Source of the DNA: Nonlabens ponticola
GTDB taxonomy: Bacteria > Bacteroidota > Bacteroidia > Flavobacteriales > Flavobacteriaceae
NCBI RefSeq assembly: GCF_003966335.1
Contig: NZ_CP034549.1
Coordinates: 870,001-902,000, forward strand
Reading direction: 5' to 3'
Length of the DNA stretch: 32,000 nt
Within the stretch, counting starts at the first letter, position 1; each line of letters begins with the position of its first letter. Both the position numbers and the translations under genes were made by a program. The notes below the pieces were generated by a model that ran no database searches, was not told the DNA's origin, and saw only the letters and a list, made by a program, of their open reading frames with translations. Positions 1 through 5,999 of the stretch are shown piece after piece.

Positions 1-824
1 ATAGCAAAATCTGGAACCACTTGCTCCACAATGCGTGTGCTGCCGCCAGCATAGGAGCTACCAGGCTTAGGGTTTAAGTGGCTTATCTCATCAATGGCAT
101 CGCGCAATTGAATCTCGTCAATGTTATACTTTGCGAGTAACTTCTTGTAATGCTTCTTGCTAAATGCATCAAAGGATTCACTCACCATCTTCAAGGCAAG
201 ATCTGTTGTTGGATTGTTACGCTTTCGCGAAAGCTGAATCACTAAACACTCCTTCAAATCTCTAGCGCCTACACCAGCTGGATCCAGATCGTGCACGACT
301 TTAAGAACGCGCTCCACGGTCTCAACATCAGTATAGATGTTCATGGTGAAGGCAAGATCATCTGTAATATCCTCGAGCGATCGTCGTATGTAACCACTAC
401 TGTCGATACTGCCCACAAGAAACTCTGCGATGGCACGATCGTTATCACTCAACCTGCGCGTGTTTAATTGATCTTTAAGCGTTTGGGTAAAGGATTTGCC
501 GGATGCATACGGTATGCTGGTTTCCTCATCGTCCGCGCTGTAATTATTGGCTCTGGTGCGATATTCTGGTATCTCATCGTCACTCAGGTAGTCATCGACA
601 TTGATTTCAGGCTCTGGTGCCTCGTCATAATCATTCTCGTTTGAGAACTCGTCATACTCATCATCACTTTTTTCCTTGCCGTTATCCAGCGCTGGATTTT
701 CCTCAAGCTCTGACTTAACGCGCTGTTCAAAAGCCTGTGTAGGCAGCTGTATCAACTTCATGAGTTGTATTTGCTGCGGCGATAGCTTTTGACTGAGCTT
801 GAAATTTAAGGACTGTTTAAGCAT
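1..824 (-). CDS. rpoN: RNA polymerase sigma-54 factor, N-terminal ~274 codons (3' end runs off the left edge)
   Basis: Absent from the ORF track because it is truncated. My translation from the ATG at 822-824 reads MLKQSLNFKLSQKLSPQQIQLMKLIQLPTQAFEQRVKSELEENPALD, then an acidic linker, then DLKECLVIQLSRKRNNPTTDLALKMVSESFDAFSKKHYKKLLAKYNIDEIQLRDAIDEISHLNPKPGSSYAGG. The Gln/Leu-rich region I and the core-binding region are typical of sigma-54. Confidence 0.9.
   Translation of the reverse strand, partial: MLKQSLNFKLSQKLSPQQIQLMKLIQLPTQAFEQRVKSELEENPALDNGKEKSDDEYDEFSNENDYDEAPEPEINVDDYLSDDEIPEYRTRANNYSADDEETSIPYASGKSFTQTLKDQLNTRRLSDNDRAIAEFLVGSIDSSGYIRRSLEDITDDLAFTMNIYTDVETVERVLKVVHDLDPAGVGARDLKECLVIQLSRKRNNPTTDLALKMVSESFDAFSKKHYKKLLAKYNIDEIQLRDAIDEISHLNPKPGSSYAGGSTRIVEQVVPDFA
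216..255 (+). repeat. palindromic element copy 1 (inside the rpoN CDS, antisense to it)
   Basis: GTTACGCTTTCGCGAAAGC lies at 216-234, with the 14-nt perfect palindrome at 221-234. Positions 209-234 match the copy at 14611-14636 at 25 of 26 positions. The right flank TGAATCACTAAACAC resembles the family flank. Confidence 0.8.
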
Positions 825-950
825 GTTGGTTTACTTGGACTGCTAAAAATAGAGAAAGCGATCAGGAATTAGGGTAACGAAATTATAAATTAATCCTTTC
901 AGCTTTTTTTCTACCATCATGATATGAATTCGTTGAAATTTTATTTTTAC

Positions 951-984
951 CAAAAAGCCCAATCGCTTGAGATTGGGCTTTTGT
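951..984 (-). terminator. rho-independent terminator downstream of asnS
   Basis: A perfect 10-bp stem AAGCCCAATC (955-964) pairs with GATTGGGCTT (971-980) around a 6-nt loop. On the minus-strand RNA it is followed by a U-rich tract. Confidence 0.8.
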
Positions 985-1011
985 TATTTAAGACGTGACA
1001 GTAACCAGCTT

Positions 1012-2460
1012 TTAAAAAGCCGCATTACCAGGTGTGCGAGGATAAGGAATTACATCTCGTACATTGCCCATGCCTGTAACAAACATCACTAGACGCTCAA
1101 ATCCTAGTCCAAAACCGCTGTGCGTCACACTACCAAATTTGCGCATTTCCAGATACCACCATAGTTCTTCTTCTGGGATGCCCATGGTATCCATTTTTTG
1201 CTTGAGCACATCATAACGTTCCTCACGCTGTGATCCACCTACAATCTCACCAATTCCTGGGAACAAGATGTCCATCGCTCGCACGGTCTCGCGACCTTCG
1301 TTATCCTTATCATTAAGCCGCATGTAAAATGCCTTGATTTTAGCAGGATAATCAAACAGAATTACAGGGCATTTAAAGTGCTTCTCTACTAGAAAACGTT
1401 CATGTTCTGATTGTAGATCTGCGCCCCATTCTTCAATCAGGTATTGGAATTTCTTCTTTTTGTTAGGCTTCGAGTTTTTGAGAATGTCAATCGCCTCAGT
1501 ATAACTCACACGCTTAAAGTTGTTCTTAAGAACGAACTCCAGTTTTTCCTTGAGTGGCATCGGGCTACGCTCTGCTTGCGGCTTTGACTTCTCTTCTTGT
1601 GTGAGTCTGTTTTCTAAAAAGTCAATATCATCAGCACAGTTCTCCATGACATACTGGATCACATCCTTGATAAAATCCTCAGCAAGATCCATGTTGTCCT
1701 GCAGGTCATTAAAGGCCACCTCGGGCTCAATCATCCAGAATTCTGCTAGGTGGCGTGAGGTGTTTGAATTCTCTGCCCTAAAAGTTGGACCAAAGGTGTA
1801 CACCTGACCCAAGCCCATCGCATATGTTTCGGCTTCCAGTTGCCCAGAAACTGTGAGATTAGATTCCTTACCAAAAAAATCCTTCTTATAATCAATAGCG
1901 CCATCATCAGTAAGCGGTGGATTTTTAGGATCCAGCGTCGAGATACGGAACATCTCGCCAGCGCCTTCTGCATCGCTACCAGTAATGATTGGCGTGTGCG
2001 CTTGATAAAAACCTTGTTCTTGAAAATAGCGGTGTATCGCAAACGATAATGCGGCACGCACTCTCATCACCGCGCCAAAGGTATTGGTACGCACCCTCAA
2101 ATGCGCCTGTTCTCTAAGCGTTTCAAGATTGTGACGTTTAGGCGAGAGTACCGTTTTCTTCACATCTTCAGGATCAGCTGGTGCGAGAACCTTTACCTCA
2201 CTAGCCTGCAATTCTACTCGTTGACCTTTTCCTTCACTTTCTACCAGTGTTCCTTTAACAGCAACGGCTGCGGCGATGTTGATTTGATCCAGTAACTCAC
2301 GATCCATAGTTTCTGGATCAACCACACACTGTAAGTTATGGATGGTCGAGCCATCATTAACGGCAATAAATCGGTCATTTCTAAAACTGCGCACCCAACC
2401 CTTTACAGTTATTTCCTGCATGCTAGGATCAGATTTAAGTAGAGCGGCTATTCGTTTCAT
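1012..2460 (-). CDS. asnS: asparagine--tRNA ligase
   Basis: The ORF-track protein shows class IIb aaRS features (N-terminal OB fold KGWVRSFR, FRAENSNTSRHLAEFWMIEPE, GGSQREER, GFGLGFERL). I prefer the ATG at 2460 (MKRIAALLK) because the track's TTG start at 2484 lies inside a TATATTTG -7 promoter box. Confidence 0.95.
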   Translation of the reverse strand: MKRIAALLKSDPSMQEITVKGWVRSFRNDRFIAVNDGSTIHNLQCVVDPETMDRELLDQINIAAAVAVKGTLVESEGKGQRVELQASEVKVLAPADPEDVKKTVLSPKRHNLETLREQAHLRVRTNTFGAVMRVRAALSFAIHRYFQEQGFYQAHTPIITGSDAEGAGEMFRISTLDPKNPPLTDDGAIDYKKDFFGKESNLTVSGQLEAETYAMGLGQVYTFGPTFRAENSNTSRHLAEFWMIEPEVAFNDLQDNMDLAEDFIKDVIQYVMENCADDIDFLENRLTQEEKSKPQAERSPMPLKEKLEFVLKNNFKRVSYTEAIDILKNSKPNKKKKFQYLIEEWGADLQSEHERFLVEKHFKCPVILFDYPAKIKAFYMRLNDKDNEGRETVRAMDILFPGIGEIVGGSQREERYDVLKQKMDTMGIPEEELWWYLEMRKFGSVTHSGFGLGFERLVMFVTGMGNVRDVIPYPRTPGNAAF

Positions 2461-2481
2461 ATAGGTTGCTTGTGAGTGCGG

Positions 2482-2512
2482 CAAATATAAATTTAATGAC
2501 CGCCATTGTCAA
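2482..2512 (-). promoter_or_regulatory. Bacteroidota sigma-A type promoter for asnS (TTG-N20-TATATTTG)
   Basis: The minus strand reads TTGACAATGGCGGTCATTAAATTTATATTTG. The -7 box TATATTTG (plus-strand 2482-2489) matches TAnnTTTG exactly and lies 21 nt upstream of the ATG at 2460. Confidence 0.5.
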
Positions 2513-2561
2513 TCAATCAACCCATAAATAGCGGTTGATGTGTTTGTAGGGTAGTTGTTGC

Positions 2562-2604
2562 GGTTACGCTTTCGCGAAAGCAAAATTATCACCATCTCAA
2601 AAGG
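2562..2604 (+). repeat. palindromic element copy 2 (intergenic, between the MMPL gene and asnS)
   Basis: GGTTACGCTTTCGCGAAAGC lies at 2562-2581, followed by the flank AAAATTATCACCATCTCAAAAGG. Confidence 0.85.
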
Positions 2605-2694
2605 CTCGAGATAGTCACTGTTCATATCTCAAAATCATTCAAACAAACTTGATGACTGGTAAGTAACATAGCAAAGAAACTAGAATTATGAAAA

Positions 2695-2736
2695 TCGAAC
2701 TTGAACTTGAACTTGAATTTGAACCCGAATTTGAAA
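2695..2736. repeat. imperfect hexanucleotide tandem repeat, 7 units of the TTGAAC type
   Basis: The sequence reads directly as TCGAAC TTGAAC TTGAAC TTGAAT TTGAAC CCGAAT TTGAAA. It is intergenic, about 100 bp 3' of the MMPL stop and about 235 bp 5' of the asnS start. Confidence 0.85.
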
Positions 2737-2834
2737 ATCCCGGAAAATCATTCTCGAAAAATGCCTAATACCTCTAATAATATTGCCTGCTTCAATTTAA
2801 AACAGAGCCTGAGGTTACGCCTGCAGATTAAATA

Positions 2835-5225
2835 CTATTCTTCCTCATCAGCATCCTTAGCGATAATTTGCATTGCTGGTTTTTTGAACGTCTTTTTATT
2901 AGCGATATTCCTTTCTAGGGATAACAGCATACTAGGCAGCAACAGTAAATTAGCAAGCATGGCAAACAACAGTGTTGCACTTACCAAAGCACCTAGAGCC
3001 ACCGTGCCACCAAAACTTGAAATCGTAAACGTACTGAATCCAAAAAACAGCACTATCGAGGTATAAAACATACTCACACCAGTCTCACGCAGCGCACCAT
3101 AGACAGACTTTTTGATGGCCCATTTATTGGCGATGAGCTCTTGACGATATTTTGCCAAAAAGTGAATCGTATCATCCACTGAAATTCCAAAGGCAATAGA
3201 AAACACGAGAATCGTTGATGGTTTGATAGGCACACCTATGTAACCCATAAGTCCAGCGGTAATCAACAGTGGTAGTAAATTAGGAACCAGCGACACCAAT
3301 ATCATCCTAAAACTGCGGAACATCCACGCCATAAATAGCGCGATCAACACGATCGCAAGTGATAAAGACAATACCAGATTATTGATCAGGTAATTAGTTC
3401 CTTTTTGGAAAACAAGTGCCTTACCTGTAAGTAGAACGTCGTATTTGTCCGCTGGAAAAACCTTTTCAATTTCTTCCTGTAAATTTTCCTCGACGCGTAC
3501 CATGCGATCGGTGCCCATGTCTTTCATAAACGTTGTGATCCTAGCATAGCGACCGGTGCTATCAACATAGCTATTCATGAGTCCTATATCACCGCTATTA
3601 TTTTCAAGCAGCGGCGCAATGAATAAACGCTCATTGCTACTAGGTAAATCATAGAATTCTGGGTCGCCGCCGTAGAAAGCCTGTTTAGTATACTTGACCA
3701 GACTAACAATCGATAACGGTCTTGAAAGTTCGGGTGTTTCAATAATGTGTTCCTCAAGTTTGTTGAGTTTCTTGAGATTTTTGGCTTGGGTGACACCTTC
3801 TTTTCTGCGAGTGTCGACAAGTATTTCTAGTGGCATGATACCGTTATAGCTTTCCTCAAAAAACTTGATGTCTTTGTAGAATTGCTTGCCTTTGGGCATG
3901 TCCTCAATAAGACTTCCCGAAACGCGTATTTGATAAATACCTATGATGCTGGCGATTAATACCAGCAAACTAGAAATGTAAATGGCAATACGATAATTGC
4001 GCACCATGCGTTCCATCCAGTCAACAAATCCACCTATCCATTGCTTTCTCAAGTGCTCTAAGTGGCGATCCTTAGGTAACGGCAGGTAGCTGTAAATAAT
4101 GGGTATGACCATCAAACTAATAAGGAAAATACTGATAATACAAATTGAGGCGACCGTACCAAATTCTGCTAGTAGTGTACTATCGGTAAAAATGAACGTT
4201 GCAAAACCACTAGCCGTGGTAATGTTTGTCATGAGTGTGGCATTCCCAACTTTGGTAATGACGCGTTGCAGCGATTTTGCTTGATTACCATGCTTCTTTA
4301 TTTCTTGCTGGTACTTATTGATCAGGAAAATGCAGTTGGGAATCCCAATGACAATGATTAATGGCGGAATCAAAGCTGTCAAAACTGTGATCTCATACCG
4401 CAATAATCCTAGTATCCCAAAAGCCCACATCACGCCAATGACTACGGTGACTATAGAGATAAATGTCGCACGCCACGACCTAAAGAAAAAGAAGAATATA
4501 CCTGAAGTAATTAACAATGCTGCAAGCAAGAAGATACCTATCTCATCTACAATGTTCTGGGCATTGAGTGTACGTATGTAAGGCATACCAGAAACCTTGA
4601 TATCTATTCCTTGTTCCTCGCTAATGCGCTGGATCATAGGCTCTAGATCATCCAGAACAAATTCCTTGCGTTCAATGGTATTAACGACATCTTTTTTAAG
4701 GTAGATCGCTGTGCGCAGCACGCTATCCTTTTCTGAATAGATTAGGTTTTTATAGAACGGTAAATCGGTAAACAGTTTTGTCTTGAACTTGTCAAATTGC
4801 TCATCGCTGGTGAGCGGCTCGCTGATAAGGTTGCGTATCTCAAACTTAGTTGCCTCTTCATTCTTAACGAGTTCAGGCAGGTCTGCAGTAGAGAGCGTGA
4901 AATCTACTTCATTGAAAGTTGCTAGACTATCAGCAATGGCATTCCATGTATTGAAGTCTTTATAGCTCTTGAGTTCGCTTTGTTCTACACCTAGAATGAT
5001 CAAGTTTCCTTCTTCACCAAAAAGCGACAGGAACTCATTATATTCTTGATTAACTGGATGATCGTCTGGTAAAAGGTTAGCCTCGGTATGCGAGAACTGC
5101 ATGTATTTCCATTGCGTGGCAAGCGCGATGGTGATAAGAATTACAGCACTCAAAATGGTGATTCTATTGCGCAGGATCAATCGTGCTACATAATTCCAAA
5201 AACCAAAACTGAATAATTTATGCAT
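2835..5225 (-). CDS. MMPL/RND-superfamily (HpnN-like, sterol-sensing-domain type) membrane transporter
   Basis: 796 aa with two blocks of about 6 TM helices, each preceded by a large soluble loop. This is the typical length and architecture of MMPL-type RND exporters rather than AcrB-type ones. Confidence 0.8.
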   Translation of the reverse strand: MHKLFSFGFWNYVARLILRNRITILSAVILITIALATQWKYMQFSHTEANLLPDDHPVNQEYNEFLSLFGEEGNLIILGVEQSELKSYKDFNTWNAIADSLATFNEVDFTLSTADLPELVKNEEATKFEIRNLISEPLTSDEQFDKFKTKLFTDLPFYKNLIYSEKDSVLRTAIYLKKDVVNTIERKEFVLDDLEPMIQRISEEQGIDIKVSGMPYIRTLNAQNIVDEIGIFLLAALLITSGIFFFFFRSWRATFISIVTVVIGVMWAFGILGLLRYEITVLTALIPPLIIVIGIPNCIFLINKYQQEIKKHGNQAKSLQRVITKVGNATLMTNITTASGFATFIFTDSTLLAEFGTVASICIISIFLISLMVIPIIYSYLPLPKDRHLEHLRKQWIGGFVDWMERMVRNYRIAIYISSLLVLIASIIGIYQIRVSGSLIEDMPKGKQFYKDIKFFEESYNGIMPLEILVDTRRKEGVTQAKNLKKLNKLEEHIIETPELSRPLSIVSLVKYTKQAFYGGDPEFYDLPSSNERLFIAPLLENNSGDIGLMNSYVDSTGRYARITTFMKDMGTDRMVRVEENLQEEIEKVFPADKYDVLLTGKALVFQKGTNYLINNLVLSLSLAIVLIALFMAWMFRSFRMILVSLVPNLLPLLITAGLMGYIGVPIKPSTILVFSIAFGISVDDTIHFLAKYRQELIANKWAIKKSVYGALRETGVSMFYTSIVLFFGFSTFTISSFGGTVALGALVSATLLFAMLANLLLLPSMLLSLERNIANKKTFKKPAMQIIAKDADEEE

Positions 5226-5242
5226 GTAGAAATAACTGGCTG

Positions 5243-5250
5243 CAAAGGTA
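5243..5250 (-). promoter_or_regulatory. candidate -7 box (TACCTTTG) for the MMPL transporter gene
   Basis: The minus strand reads TACCTTTGCAGCC, 17 nt upstream of the ATG at 5225. No clear -33 TTG is seen. Confidence 0.4.
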
Positions 5251-5308
5251 CAGGATAATTGCAGCTTCTACCAGTTTGCTTGAATAGGCAAGTGGTTGAA
5301 TTGCGGTC

Positions 5309-5875
5309 TTATTCTTCTGTTTGATTGAGCTTAAATAATACTGAACCAAAATAAAGCGTTGCGGCAGTTATCATTATGCTGGGTACTGCAAGTTTCAACG
5401 TGATTCCAGATAAACGAAAATTGATCAGTATTATGATCATGAAAATAAAGCATCCTGAACCAAATTTCAAGAGGCGTTCAAGTCCAGACATAAATCGACT
5501 GTTATAAACGATAAACGCAGGAATGAGAAATGACAGAAGGATTGAGGCTATGTAAGAATTAACACTAGCACCATGGTCAAAATTCATATAGGAAATGAGA
5601 GTTATGTAACTCATATTGAAAACAGTTAGGAAGAAGATGTTGGCAATACGTTTTCCTATAGGTACAGAAGTGCCGTCATCTACGGTTCTCAAATCTTCAA
5701 CATCTAGATCCAGCGCATCACATATTAATTGAAGCGTCTGACCTCGTGGCTCGTTTTTGGAATTTTCAATGCGCTGTATGGTTCTTAAGTTCACACCAGC
5801 AAGTTCTGCTAGTTTGTGTTGTGTTAGACCTTTAAGTTTGCGTTGCTTGATGATTTTTTGCGATGCCATGTTCAT
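5309..5875 (-). CDS. membrane-anchored XRE-family helix-turn-helix transcriptional regulator
   Basis: The N-terminus KQRKLKGLTQHKLAELAGVNLRTIQRIENSKNEPRGQTLQLICDAL is a classic Cro/C1 HTH, and the C-terminal ~110 aa contain 3-4 hydrophobic helices. The start is ambiguous (ATG at 5875 or 5869; the track's longest ORF starts at 5908). Confidence 0.75.
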   Translation of the reverse strand: MNMASQKIIKQRKLKGLTQHKLAELAGVNLRTIQRIENSKNEPRGQTLQLICDALDLDVEDLRTVDDGTSVPIGKRIANIFFLTVFNMSYITLISYMNFDHGASVNSYIASILLSFLIPAFIVYNSRFMSGLERLLKFGSGCFIFMIIILINFRLSGITLKLAVPSIMITAATLYFGSVLFKLNQTEE

Positions 5876-5894
5876 TGAATTTTGTTGACCACAA

Positions 5895-5922
5895 TCTAGG
5901 AAACTCATGGCTCAATCCTAGA
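5895..5922. promoter_or_regulatory. inverted repeat TCTAGGA-N14-TCCTAGA upstream of the XRE-HTH gene (candidate operator)
   Basis: Perfect 7-bp arms lie at 5895-5901 and 5916-5922, that is 20-47 nt upstream of the ATG at 5875. Confidence 0.3.
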
Positions 5923-5999
5923 ACAAAAAGACGACACTTTTGCGACATTTCAATTGCCGTAGCTGACAATCAATCGTTTGTCAAAGTATTAGCAGGTGT

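Noticed and set aside
1520-2295. Track ORFs on the plus strand and in alternative minus frames inside asnS (1520-1807, 1746-2057, 1840-2049, 2101-2295). Similar antisense or shadow ORFs occur inside the MMPL gene, frr, pyrH, tsf, rpsB, rpsI, hppA, the DUF5686 genes, pdhB, etfA and nupC.
   Set aside because: Each lies wholly within a strongly supported conserved CDS. Their compositions are low-complexity (Ser/Leu/Ile-rich), as is typical of antisense reading frames, and none has its own promoter or motif.
2701-3066. The 121-aa plus-strand ORF beginning MNLNLNLNPNL.
   Set aside because: Its N-terminus is simply the translated hexamer tandem repeat, and the rest is antisense to the 3' end of the MMPL gene.
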